From assembly GCA_964246655.1 (NCBI GenBank), contig CAXTSK010000001.1, positions 1-40,360 on the forward strand: 40,360 bases of DNA, read 5' to 3'. Both the position numbers and the translations under genes were made by a program. Under the pieces are notes generated by a model. The model saw only the letters and a program-made list of their open reading frames with translations. It had not been told where the DNA came from and did no database searches. Positions 1 to 8,262 of the stretch are shown here, piece by piece; position 1 is the stretch's first letter, and every line of letters begins with the position of its first letter. This stretch comes from an uncultured Pyrinomonadaceae bacterium. Its GTDB lineage: Bacteria; Acidobacteriota; Blastocatellia; Pyrinomonadales; Pyrinomonadaceae.

Positions 1-200
1 GCGCCGCGCGCCTCCTCGCGCTCGTCTTTGAGCGACTCGTACAGCGGTCGCCGCTGCCCCCGCTCAAGCCCCAACCTCAGCTCGACCTGATAGAGGCGCG
101 CCGTCTGCGCCTGCATCAACCGCTCAAGGTGCTCGATCCGCGCGGCGAGCTGCTCCAACATTTCTCGCGAGGTCTGGTCTGAGGTCTGCTCTTCGGCCAT
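1..200 (-). CDS. hypothetical protein, N-terminal part (gene runs off the left edge)
   Basis: ATG at 200-198 on the minus strand, preceded by GGGAGGG. The frame stays open to the window edge. Translation MAEEQTSDQTSREMLEQLAARIEHLERLMQAQTARLYQVELRL... looks coiled-coil. A junction hairpin (247-307) separates it from the upstream gene, as at other gene boundaries. Confidence 0.35.
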   Translation of the reverse strand, partial: MAEEQTSDQTSREMLEQLAARIEHLERLMQAQTARLYQVELRLGLERGQRRPLYESLKDEREEARG

Positions 201-246
201 ATGCCCTCCCGGCGGGTCAATGATAGTGCAGGAGTGTGTAAAAAGC

Positions 247-307
247 AGTAGACAGTAGTCGGTAGAAAAAGGCGGCAACCACTTCTTTCTACTGTCTACT
301 GTCTACT
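247..307. repeat. junction palindrome, 7-nt units AGTAGAC/AGTAGTC
   Basis: Arm 247-268 agtagacagtagtcggtagaaa pairs with 286-307 tttctactgtctactgtctact at 20/22. The right arm contains the stop codon of the GntR gene. Confidence 0.7.
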
Positions 308-1234
308 ATCTAATTCCTTTGTCAGGAAGCGTTCGACGAAGGCGCGCAACTCTTCGAGGGAGGAGTCGGCGACGACGCGGTAGACGCGCGGGCGGAGGCC
401 GTCGGGTAATTGTCGTGCGGTGAGTGCGTCGGTGATGACGTGTGCGCTCGAACGAAGGCCGCGCTCCCAGCCCGGCGTGCGCGCGTCGCGCAGGTCGAGC
501 GCGTCCGCCTCGACCCCGGCGGCGATGATGAAGACGCGCGCCCACTCAAGAAACATCGGCCAGCGCGAGACGACCGAGACGAGCGCGTCGCGCGGCGGCA
601 CACGCTCGCCCGCGAGCAGTTCCGGTATCGAGCGCGTGTGCAGAAAGATCGGCGACACCTCCGGCGGGAGCGCGCGCCGCACCTCCTCGGCCTTGCTGTA
701 GAGCGCGACGACCGTCCCGCCCGCGAGGCGCGCGGCGTCGGCGCACTCCTCGTAGCCGCAGCCCTCGACGCGGAAGGAGGTCGCGTCGGCGATCTCGGCC
801 ATCAGGATTTCGCGCAGGCCCTCGTCGGGCTCGACGACGAGGAAGTGGTCGGGCGGCTCAAGGCTCAGCCAGTGCTTGACGCGCGCCTGCACGTCGGCGA
901 GCGTGTGCCCCTGCCCGCGCGCGAGCGTGAGGAAGGCGTTGATGAGGCGGTCAAGTTCTAACCGCGAGTCGAGCGGAGCCTCCGCCGGGTCGTCGCCGAG
1001 TTGGCGGACATAGACGCCGCTTCCTTTGCGCACTTCGAGCCAGCCCGCGCGCTCAAGGTCGCCGAAGGCGGCGCTCACCGTGTTCGAGTGGATGCGGAAG
1101 CGACGCGCAAGCTCGCGCGTCGAGGGCAAACGCTGACCCGGCTTCAGGTCGCCGCTCACCACGCCGAACATGATCTGCCGCACGAGCTGCTCGCGCAAAG
1201 GCACGCTGCTGTTCTTCGAGAGCCACAGGCGCAT
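296..1234 (-). CDS. GntR-family transcriptional regulator with an uncharacterised C-terminal domain
   Basis: N-terminal winged-HTH motif VPLREQLVRQIMFGVVSGDLKPGQRLPSTRELARRFRIHSNTVSAAFGDLERAGWLEVRKGSGVYV. The longest ORF starts at TTG 1261; I prefer ATG 1234 because 1253-1299 is a junction hairpin. Confidence 0.85.
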   Translation of the reverse strand: MRLWLSKNSSVPLREQLVRQIMFGVVSGDLKPGQRLPSTRELARRFRIHSNTVSAAFGDLERAGWLEVRKGSGVYVRQLGDDPAEAPLDSRLELDRLINAFLTLARGQGHTLADVQARVKHWLSLEPPDHFLVVEPDEGLREILMAEIADATSFRVEGCGYEECADAARLAGGTVVALYSKAEEVRRALPPEVSPIFLHTRSIPELLAGERVPPRDALVSVVSRWPMFLEWARVFIIAAGVEADALDLRDARTPGWERGLRSSAHVITDALTARQLPDGLRPRVYRVVADSSLEELRAFVERFLTKELDSRQ

Positions 1235-1252
1235 AAGAAGAGTTACAAGTTT

Positions 1253-1299
1253 AAAGTTCAAAGTCGAAAGTTGAAAGCTTTTTCTTCAACTTTGAACTT
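1253..1299. repeat. junction palindrome, 7-nt units AAAGTTC/AAAGTCG/AAAGTTG
   Basis: Left arm 1253-1277 aaagttcaaagtcgaaagttgaaag; right arm 1284-1299 cttcaactttgaactt. The left arm carries one extra 7-mer unit. Confidence 0.6.
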
Positions 1300-1501
1300 A
1301 CTTCCTATAGCCGGGGCGCGTGCGGAGGGCGACGCCTTTGCGCGTGGTGCGGACGCGTATCTTGCGGTACTTGCCGTCGCGCGCGGCGTTGGTCGGGTAG
1401 TAGCCCGGGCTGTACTGCGTGCCGCCCTCGGCGGAGAAGGCGGAAGTAAAAAGGCAACAGGCAAGAGTGAAGACGAAGAAGCGCGCGGCCCTCGTCTTCA
1501 A
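1298..1501 (-). CDS. possible 67-aa ORF, or 3' remnant of a VWA-related acidobacterial-type protein
   Basis: The only in-frame start is TTG 1501, which lies inside the loop of palindrome 1446-1537. The hydrophobic stretch FVFTLACCLFTSAF is encoded by the repeat arm. The tail YSPGYYPTNAARDGKYRKIRVRTTRKGVALRTRPGYRK resembles the C-terminus of much larger VWA-related proteins. Confidence 0.3.
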   Translation of the reverse strand: MKTRAARFFVFTLACCLFTSAFSAEGGTQYSPGYYPTNAARDGKYRKIRVRTTRKGVALRTRPGYRK

Positions 1502-1537
1502 CTGTTGCCTGTCGCCTGTTGCCTGTTGCCTTCTTAC
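1446..1537. repeat. nested palindrome, 7-nt units GGCAACA
   Basis: Outer arms are 1446-1467 gtaaaaaggcaacaggcaagag and 1502-1537 (ctgttgc ctgtcgc ctgttgc ctgttgc cttcttac), matching 20/22 over the shared part. The inner 9-bp stem is 1468-1476/1492-1500. The right arm has two extra units. Confidence 0.7.
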
Positions 1538-1607
1538 TTCTGTCGTCTGCCATCCTGCGTGTGATGCTCTCCGGCGGAAGCGCGGATGGACAGGCGGCGC
1601 CTTTTTT

Positions 1608-1820
1608 TCAGCGCGAGTGCTTGCGGGACGTGCCCTCGCCTTCGCCGCCTGAGTCTTCTTCGGGGCCGGGTGTGCCCCCGTCGGCGATGCCTGCGCCCAT
1701 GCCCGTGGTGCGACCGATAGCCAGGCCGCCATGCGTGCCGCCGCCCGTGCCGATCTCTCCGCCGTCGTCTTCAGTACCGCCGCCGGCCGCGTCGTCTCTG
1801 TCGTCTCTTTCACTGGACAT
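1608..1820 (-). CDS. small acidic Gly-rich hydrophilic protein (70 aa), function unknown
   Basis: ATG 1820 with AAGGAG 11 nt upstream. Translation MSSERDDRDDAAGGGTEDDGGEIGTGGGTHGGLAIGRTTGMGAGIADGGTPGPEEDSGGEGEGTSRKHSR. Third-position GC is high. The competing plus-frame ORF is Pro-rich and looks like a shadow frame. Confidence 0.4.
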   Translation of the reverse strand: MSSERDDRDDAAGGGTEDDGGEIGTGGGTHGGLAIGRTTGMGAGIADGGTPGPEEDSGGEGEGTSRKHSR

Positions 1821-1956
1821 CTGTCGTTCTACTCCTTGTGTGAGAAGTGTCCGAGCCCCGCCGAGCGGGCGGGGCCGTGCCTTTGCGATAAATGCAGCGC
1901 AAGATAAGTACGACCCGAAGACTGTTTGTCTCGTTTGCGGCGGAGGATAGCACAAC

Positions 1957-2005
1957 TTTCGACGGCGCGAACTACTACTTTCCCTCGCCGTCGAAATTTT
2001 CTTTC
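1957..2005 (+). terminator. intrinsic-terminator-like hairpin on the plus strand
   Basis: An 11-bp perfect stem, tttcgacggcg (1957-1967) with cgccgtcgaaa (1986-1996), followed by ttttctttc. No plus-strand CDS lies upstream. It sits about 105 nt before the DUF2721 start. Confidence 0.35.
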
Positions 2006-2110
2006 ACGTCTGCGTCACCGCGCGCGGTAACGAACCTTATGACTGCGGAAAGGTTGCTGTGCACGATGCGCGCGGCCATAATGAAGACGAAGGGAATCTT
2101 GTAGAGACTG

Positions 2111-2671
2111 ATGGAAGCGCTCTCTTCAGCGGTCGCCGTCCTGACGGCGATGATTACGCCCGCCGTGCTCATCTCGGCCTGCGGCGCGCTTATCCTCTCG
2201 ACCTCGACGCGGCTCGGGCGCACGGTGGATCGCGTCCGCATGCTCATCGAACGCTTCGAAGAGACCATGAAGATGCAGGAGGCGGAGGGCGTCGAGATGT
2301 TCGAGGAGCGCCGCTCGTTCCTCTTCAACCAGCTCGACAAGCTGACGACGCGCACGCGCCTGCTCCAGCGAAGCATGCGCGTCTTCTACCTCGCGCTCGG
2401 CGTCTTCGTCGCCACCAGCGTCGCCATCGGCCTCGTCGCCGCTGTCGGGCAGCCGTCGTACGCGTGGCTCCCCGTCGTGCTCGGGCTCTCGGGCGCCTGC
2501 GGCCTCTTCTACGGCAGCGTCCTGCTCATCCACGAGTCGCGCATCGCGCAGGACGCCCTCAACGCCGAGATGGACTTCATCTGGAAGCTCGGACGCGCGC
2601 TCGCCCCGCCCGATCTGCGCCAGACGCGCAGCCCGCACTTCAACCCCCTCACGCTCCGCCGGAAGCTTTAA
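2111..2671 (+). CDS. DUF2721-family membrane protein
   Basis: ATG start. An N-terminal TM segment ITPAVLISACGALILSTSTRLGRTVDRVRML is followed by a coiled region and two C-terminal TM segments, the typical DUF2721 layout. Confidence 0.75.
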   Translation: MEALSSAVAVLTAMITPAVLISACGALILSTSTRLGRTVDRVRMLIERFEETMKMQEAEGVEMFEERRSFLFNQLDKLTTRTRLLQRSMRVFYLALGVFVATSVAIGLVAAVGQPSYAWLPVVLGLSGACGLFYGSVLLIHESRIAQDALNAEMDFIWKLGRALAPPDLRQTRSPHFNPLTLRRKL

Positions 2672-2748
2672 CCGATTCTTTTATTCGACTACTTCGAATA
2701 CAGGGAGCGCGATTTCCTTCCCGACTCGACCGTCGAATCGTGCGAGAG

Positions 2749-2826
2749 TTAACCACAGAGACACAGTTCAAACACAGCTTCATCTTTAGCTGTCTTCAAG
2801 CCGTGTCTCTGTGTCTCTGTGGTTGA
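2749..2826. repeat. palindrome of the CACAGAGA family between convergent genes
   Basis: aaccacagagacacag (2751-2766) pairs perfectly with ctgtgtctctgtggtt (2809-2824). The inner stem is acagct/agctgt. The right arm shows 8-nt periodicity (gtgtctct x2). Confidence 0.75.
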
Positions 2827-2843
2827 TTTTTCAGCGTGACGCG

Positions 2844-4424
2844 TCACTCTTTCGTCCAAAGGTTATCGATCAGACGCCAGATGCCGCGCGGGTTGTCGTC
2901 GCGGAGTTCGACGGGGAGAGACTCTTGAGGAAAGTTCTGATAGCAGACGGGGCGCGCGAAACGCTTGATGGCGGCCGTGCCGACCGAGGTCGTGCGCGCG
3001 TCGGTCGTCGCGGGGTAAGGGCCGCCGTGCTGCATCGCGGCGCAGACTTCGACGCCCGTGGGGAAACCGTTGAAGACTAAACGCCCGGCCTTCTGCTCCA
3101 ACACCGAGACGAGCCACGCGTACTCGCGCAAGTCTTCGGGCGTGCCGTGAATCGTCGCCGTCAGCGCGCCCGCCAGACGCTCGGCCACGCGCCGCAACTC
3201 CTCAACATTTTGACAACCGACGACGAGAGTCGAAGGGCCGAAGACCTCTTCCCCCAACTCTTGATGGTCGAGGAAGGTCGCGGCGTCGGTCGAGAAGACG
3301 TAGGCCGCGGCCTGCGTGCGCGAAGCGTCGGCCGCCGAACCGCTCGCCCCTTGTTGAGTCAGTCGTCGGAGTCTTTCAACGCCCTCCGTATAACCACGCA
3401 GGAGCCCCTGGTTCAGCATCGTGCCCGGCGCCGCGGAGGCGAACAGTTCATCCGCCTTGTCGGCGAACTTATCGAACGGCTCGCCGCGGACGCCGACGAC
3501 GAGCCCGGGGTTTGTGCAGAACTGACCCGTGCCGAGCGTCACGGACTGCTTCAACCCTTCGGCGAACTCCGTGCCGCGTTCGCGCAGGGCGCCCGGCAGG
3601 ACGAAGACCGGGTTGACGCTCCCCATCTCCGCGTAGACCGGAATCGGCTCCGGCCGACGCGCGGCCGCGTCGAAGAGCGCGCGGCCGACGCGCAGCGACC
3701 CTGTAAACCCGACGGCCTTCGTCAAAGGGTGTTCGACGACGGCGAGGCTCACCTCCGGGCTCTGCCCCTGCACGAGCGAGAAGACGCTCGCGGGCATCCT
3801 CGTCTCCTTCACGGCGGCGGCGACGGCGCGCGCGACCAACTCGGACGTGCCCGGGTGCGCGGGGTGCGCCTTCACGACGACGGGGCAACCGGCGGCGAGC
3901 GCAGAGGCCGTGTCGCCGCCCGCGACCGAGAAGGCAAGCGGAAAGTTGCTCGCGCCGAAGACGGCCACGGGGCCGATGGGGATGAGCATCCGCCGCAGGT
4001 CGGGCTTCGGCTGTGGCTTGCGTTCCGGGTCGGCGCGGTCAATCGTCGCCTCGACCCACGAGCCTTCGCGCACGACGCCCGCGAACGTCTTCAACTGAGC
4101 GGTCGTCCGCGCGCGCTCGCCCTTCAGCCTCTCGGCCGGGAGCGCGGTCTCCGCCTGCGCGAGTTCAATCAACTCGTCGCCGAGCGCTTCGACGTTCCGC
4201 GCGATAGATTCGAGAAAGCCCGCGACCTCCTCGGCGCTCTTCCGCCGGTACTGCTTGAAGGCGCGTGCCGCCGAGTCGAACGCGCGCGCGACGACCGCGG
4301 GCGTCGCGTCGTAAAACTCCGGCCCGAACTCACGCCCCTCGGAAGGGTTGAAGGCGCGGAACGTCTTGCCGTCGTCCGCGACCGGCTCGCCTCCGATGAT
4401 GCTTCTGCCGTGTAGCTCAGTCAT
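2844..4424 (-). CDS. aldehyde dehydrogenase, alpha-ketoglutaric semialdehyde (2,5-dioxovalerate) dehydrogenase type
   Basis: 526 aa with an ATG start. Full-length ALDH fold, with GPVAVFGASNFPLAFSVAGGDTASALAAGCPVVVKAHPAHPGTSELV and FTGS...EMGSVNPVF...GQFCTNPG characteristic of the KGSADH subgroup. Confidence 0.9.
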   Translation of the reverse strand: MTELHGRSIIGGEPVADDGKTFRAFNPSEGREFGPEFYDATPAVVARAFDSAARAFKQYRRKSAEEVAGFLESIARNVEALGDELIELAQAETALPAERLKGERARTTAQLKTFAGVVREGSWVEATIDRADPERKPQPKPDLRRMLIPIGPVAVFGASNFPLAFSVAGGDTASALAAGCPVVVKAHPAHPGTSELVARAVAAAVKETRMPASVFSLVQGQSPEVSLAVVEHPLTKAVGFTGSLRVGRALFDAAARRPEPIPVYAEMGSVNPVFVLPGALRERGTEFAEGLKQSVTLGTGQFCTNPGLVVGVRGEPFDKFADKADELFASAAPGTMLNQGLLRGYTEGVERLRRLTQQGASGSAADASRTQAAAYVFSTDAATFLDHQELGEEVFGPSTLVVGCQNVEELRRVAERLAGALTATIHGTPEDLREYAWLVSVLEQKAGRLVFNGFPTGVEVCAAMQHGGPYPATTDARTTSVGTAAIKRFARPVCYQNFPQESLPVELRDDNPRGIWRLIDNLWTKE

Positions 4425-4462
4425 GCCTTGGCCTTTGTTGACTATATGGCTTGTCGAGTTAT

Positions 4463-4497
4463 TGTCTTCAAAGCTGTGCCTCTGTGTCTCCGTGGTG
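4463..4497. repeat. solo half-element of the CACAGAGA family (right-arm type)
   Basis: tgtcttcaaagctgtgcctctgtgtctccgtggtg closely resembles the right half of 2749-2826. Its reverse complement matches 6543-6569 at 25/27. It encodes the last residues and the stop of the dehydratase. Confidence 0.65.
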
Positions 4498-6501
4498 AAA
4501 CTCCTCCGTCTCTAACGCGCGCATGCCCGCTTCGATGACGCGGACGATGCGGTCAACGTCGTAGACGACGCCGCCCCAAGGGCCGCCGCTCGCGTTCTGC
4601 AAGGCCGCCCAGAGACGCGTGTCGTCGGGCAGCGCCGGGTCGGGTTGTAAGTCCGTGCGTGATTGCCGACGTGCCAGCTCTTCGTCCGCCGGTTCGTACA
4701 CGCCGGGCACGCTCTCTTTGACGAGGTCGATGCTGCCTTCCAGCTTCAACGTGTCAACGACGACGCGGATCAGGTCGCCGTCAATCACTTTCCCCACGGG
4801 GCCGCCCGCCAAAGCCTCCGGCCCGACGTGCCCGATGCACGGGCCGCTTGAGACGCCGGAGAAGCGCGCGTCCGTGATGAGCGCGACCGAGTTCGCATAG
4901 GGCATGTACTTGAGCGCCGAGGTGATCTGATAGACCTCCTCCATCCCCGCGCCGAGCGCGCCGCGGCAGATGAGGACGACGACCTCGCCGCCCTTGATGC
5001 GATCTTCGCCGCGGCTCTTGATGGCGGCGATGGTGGCGCGCTCGGTGGTGAAGACGCGCGCCGGCCCCGTCAGACGATAGACCCCTTCGGGGCCGACCGA
5101 CGCGCGGTCGATGGCCGTGCTCTTCACGATGGCGCCCTGCGGCGCGAGGTTCCCTTTGATGTAAGAGATCGTGCTCGTCAGTCCGCGCTCGCGCGCTCGC
5201 GCGGGCGGCATGATGACATCGTCCGGGTCGATGCCTTCCGTCTCCGCGAGGCGCGCGCGGAAGACGCGACGGCGCTCCGACGCGGCCCAGTCGTCCAACA
5301 CTTCGTCTAAACTTTTCCCGACGGCCGTTAAAGCAGTCCCATCTATCAACCCGAGTTCTCTCAAGTGCAGCAACACCTCCGGCACGCCGCCCGCGAGGAA
5401 GACGCGGACGGTCGGGTGCGGCCCGTTCGGCAGCGCGTCCACGAGCCTCGGCACGCGGCGGTTCACGTCCATCCAGTCTTCGACCGTCGGCGGCTTCAAC
5501 CCCGCCGCGTGCGCGACCGCGGGCAGGTGCAGCAGAAGGTTCGTCGAGCCGCCGAAGGCCGCGTGCGCGGCCAACGCGTTACGCACGGACGCGCCGGTTA
5601 AGATGTCGCGCACGCTCAGGCCGAGTTCCCTCTGACGCAGCACCGCGCGCACGGAGCGGCGCGCCGCGTCGAGCCAGACGGGCTGGCCCGAAGGCGCGAG
5701 CGCGCTGTGCGGGACGGAGAGGCCGAGCGCTTCGGAGACGACCTGCGAAGTCGCAGCCGTCCCAAGGAACTGACAGCCGCCGCCCGGCGACGCGCACGCG
5801 CGGCAGCCGATGTCCCCGGCCTCTTCAAGTGTGATCTGTTTGTTAGCGAAGCGCGCGCCGATGGTCTGCGCGCGCCCCGCGTCCTCGCCGTCGCTCGCGG
5901 GCAGAGTCACGCCGCCGGGGACGAGCACCGCGGGCAGGTCGGGCGAGCCCGCGAGCGCCATCAACATCGCGGGCAGACCCTTGTCGCACGTCGCCACGCC
6001 GACGACGGCCTGCCGGTTGGGGAGCGAGCGAATCAGACGGCGCAGAACTATCGCCGCGTCGTTACGATAAGGAAGACTGTCGAGCATGCCGGTCGTCCCC
6101 TGCGAACGCCCGTCGCAAGGGTCTGTGCAGTAACCGGCGAAGGGGATGCAGCCCTTCTCTCTTAACTCTTCGGCCGCGGCCTGCATCAGCAGTCCGACCT
6201 CGAAATGTCCCGTGTGATAGCCGAGCGCCAAAGGTCTCCCGTCGGGCAGACGAATCCCGCCCTGCGTGCTGAGGATGAGGACTTCCGGGCGGCGCAGTTC
6301 CGCAGGGTTCCAGCCCATCCCCACGTCCTGCGTCCAGCCGAAGAGGTCGCCGCTCGGCCGCTCCAACAGGTCTTCGCCCGTGACGGGCAAACGCCCCTCC
6401 GGCCCGGGCCGCGCGGACACGACCCCGTAAACGTCGGGCGAGTCCGACTCGAAAATACCCCCGCGCCCCGGCGCCGTCTCGTCTCCCGTCACGTCAGGCA
6501 T
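4468..6501 (-). CDS. IlvD/Edd-family dehydratase, YjhG/YagF-type D-xylonate dehydratase
   Basis: 677 aa with an ATG start. Collinear with my recollection of E. coli YjhG: PSGDLFG...[118 protein letters not shown]. Confidence 0.9.
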   Translation of the reverse strand: MPDVTGDETAPGRGGIFESDSPDVYGVVSARPGPEGRLPVTGEDLLERPSGDLFGWTQDVGMGWNPAELRRPEVLILSTQGGIRLPDGRPLALGYHTGHFEVGLLMQAAAEELREKGCIPFAGYCTDPCDGRSQGTTGMLDSLPYRNDAAIVLRRLIRSLPNRQAVVGVATCDKGLPAMLMALAGSPDLPAVLVPGGVTLPASDGEDAGRAQTIGARFANKQITLEEAGDIGCRACASPGGGCQFLGTAATSQVVSEALGLSVPHSALAPSGQPVWLDAARRSVRAVLRQRELGLSVRDILTGASVRNALAAHAAFGGSTNLLLHLPAVAHAAGLKPPTVEDWMDVNRRVPRLVDALPNGPHPTVRVFLAGGVPEVLLHLRELGLIDGTALTAVGKSLDEVLDDWAASERRRVFRARLAETEGIDPDDVIMPPARARERGLTSTISYIKGNLAPQGAIVKSTAIDRASVGPEGVYRLTGPARVFTTERATIAAIKSRGEDRIKGGEVVVLICRGALGAGMEEVYQITSALKYMPYANSVALITDARFSGVSSGPCIGHVGPEALAGGPVGKVIDGDLIRVVVDTLKLEGSIDLVKESVPGVYEPADEELARRQSRTDLQPDPALPDDTRLWAALQNASGGPWGGVVYDVDRIVRVIEAGMRALETEEFHHGDTEAQL

Positions 6502-6539
6502 CTCGATGAGTGACCTCCCGGGTTGAATTTCACATCAGA

Positions 6540-6572
6540 TTAAACCACAGAGACACAGAGGCACAGCTTTTG
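6540..6572. repeat. solo half-element of the CACAGAGA family (left-arm type)
   Basis: aaccacagagacacagaggcacagctt (6543-6569) is the inverted partner of 4471-4497. It lies 39 nt upstream of the dehydratase start, in the divergent promoter gap. Confidence 0.65.
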
Positions 6573-6607
6573 GGTGTATTATCCAGCCTACACAGAGGAG
6601 AAACAGC

Positions 6608-7054
6608 ATGATCACACGTCGCGACCTCTTCGTCGCACTCTTCGCGGTCGTCGTCACCCTCGGCGCCGTCGCCGCGCGCTCGCAGACCTCCGTCATGCAC
6701 TCGACGCTCTTCGAATGGAACGACGTGACTGCGAAGAAAACGGAGGTCGGCGCGCTGCGCCAGTTCTTCAGGTCGCCGACGGCGACGCTCGACGAGCTGG
6801 AGTTGCACGTCACGACCTTGAACCCGGGCGTCTCTTCGCACCCGCCGCACAAACACCCGAACGAGGAGTTGGTCATCATCAAGGAGGGCACGGTCGAGGC
6901 GATGGTCAACGGCGAGTTGAAGAAGGCCGGGCCGGGCTCCGTCATCTTCAACGCCTCGAACGAGCTGCACTCGATCAAGAACGTCGGGACGACGCCCGCG
7001 ACCTACCACGTCATCAACTGGCGCTCGCCCGGGACACAGAAGGCGCAGCAGTAG
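6608..7054 (+). CDS. secreted cupin-domain protein
   Basis: ATG with GAGGAG 8 nt upstream. Signal-like N-terminus MITRRDLFVALFAVVVTLGAVAARSQ. Cupin motifs HPPHKHPNEELVIIKEG and ELHSIKNVG. Confidence 0.85.
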   Translation: MITRRDLFVALFAVVVTLGAVAARSQTSVMHSTLFEWNDVTAKKTEVGALRQFFRSPTATLDELELHVTTLNPGVSSHPPHKHPNEELVIIKEGTVEAMVNGELKKAGPGSVIFNASNELHSIKNVGTTPATYHVINWRSPGTQKAQQ

Positions 7055-7065
7055 GAGGAAGAGAG

Positions 7066-8262
7066 ATGAGCGGGACACGTGCCGACCGTCGCACATTCAT
7101 CAAGGGCTCACTGACCGTGGCGGCCGGCGCCGTCCTGTTCGCCCTGCCCGAAGAGAAGTCGAAGGCACGCGCGCACGACGTGCACGGAGTCGGGGAAGCG
7201 CGCGTTCAGGAGGGGAGGGCGGAGCCGCCGAAAGAGCCGCGCCTGCGCTTCTCCGTCATCGGCATCAACCACGGACACATCAACGGCCAGATCGGCGCCG
7301 TGCAGAGGGGCGGCGGCCAGCTCGTCTCCTTCTACGCCAAAGAGCCCGACCTCGCCGCCGAGTTCGCGAAGCGCTACCCGCAGGCCCGTGCCGCGCGCGA
7401 CGAGCGGGAGATTCTCGAAGACGACTCGATCAAACTCGTCCTGAGCGCCGCGATACCCGAAGAGCGCGCGCCGCTCGGCGTCCGAGTGATGAGGCACGGC
7501 AAGGACTACATGTCGGACAAGCCGGGCATCACCACGCTCGAACAGCTCGCGGAGGTGCGGCGCGTGCAGAAGGAGACGCGACGCATCTACTCGATCATGT
7601 ACAGCGAGCGCTTCGAGAACGCGGCCACGGTCAAAGCCGGCGAGTTGGTTAAAGCCGGCGCCATCGGCCGCGTCGTGCAAACCGTTGGGCTCGGGCCGCA
7701 CCGCATCAACAACGGGCGGCGCGACCCCTGGTTCTACGAACGCAAACGCTTCGGCGGCATCCTCTGCGACATCGGCTCGCACCAGGCCGACCAGTTCCTC
7801 TTCTTCACCGGCTCGACGCGGGCCGAGGTGGTCGCCTCGCAGACGGGGAACGTCCAGCACCCGCAGCACCCGGAGTTCGAGGATTTCGGCGACATGATGT
7901 TGCGCGGCGACGGCGGGACGGGCTACGTCCGCGTCGATTGGTTCACGCCCGACGGCCTGAGCACCTGGGGCGACGGGCGCCTGACGATTCTCGGCACGGA
8001 CGGCTTCATCGAAATCCGCAAGAACGTGGACATCGCAGGTCGCCCCGGCGGCAACCACCTCTTCTTGGTCGATAAGAAAGAGACTCGCCACATCGACTGC
8101 GCGGGCGTCCGCCTCCCTTACGGCGAACAACTCGTGGACGACATCCTCAACCGCACCGAGACCGCGATGACGCACGAGCACTGCTTCCTCGCCACCGAGT
8201 TGGCGCTCAAGGCGCAGAAGGAGTCGCAGAGAATCGGCCCCGGGAAGATTGAACGAGCATGA
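7066..8262 (+). CDS. Gfo/Idh/MocA-family oxidoreductase with a twin-arginine signal
   Basis: ATG 7066 with AGGAGG 7 nt upstream. Tat motif in MSGTRADRRTFIKGSLTVAAGAVLFALP. Rossmann start RFSVIGINHGHINGQ. The longer track ORF (from 6574) overlaps the cupin gene and is Arg-rich. Confidence 0.85.
   Translation: MSGTRADRRTFIKGSLTVAAGAVLFALPEEKSKARAHDVHGVGEARVQEGRAEPPKEPRLRFSVIGINHGHINGQIGAVQRGGGQLVSFYAKEPDLAAEFAKRYPQARAARDEREILEDDSIKLVLSAAIPEERAPLGVRVMRHGKDYMSDKPGITTLEQLAEVRRVQKETRRIYSIMYSERFENAATVKAGELVKAGAIGRVVQTVGLGPHRINNGRRDPWFYERKRFGGILCDIGSHQADQFLFFTGSTRAEVVASQTGNVQHPQHPEFEDFGDMMLRGDGGTGYVRVDWFTPDGLSTWGDGRLTILGTDGFIEIRKNVDIAGRPGGNHLFLVDKKETRHIDCAGVRLPYGEQLVDDILNRTETAMTHEHCFLATELALKAQKESQRIGPGKIERA

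Noticed and set aside
4468-6501. Annotating the IlvD/Edd-family gene as dihydroxy-acid dehydratase (ilvD) or 6-phosphogluconate dehydratase (edd).
   Set aside because: Its length (677 aa) and its N-terminal and C-terminal blocks follow the YjhG/YagF xylonate dehydratase pattern. The genomic context is pentose and uronate catabolism, not branched-chain amino-acid synthesis.
6574-7065. N-terminal extension of the Gfo/Idh/MocA ORF (the track start at 6574).
   Set aside because: It overlaps the well-supported cupin gene in another frame and is Arg-rich. ATG 7066 has an AGGAGG site and yields a proper Tat signal.
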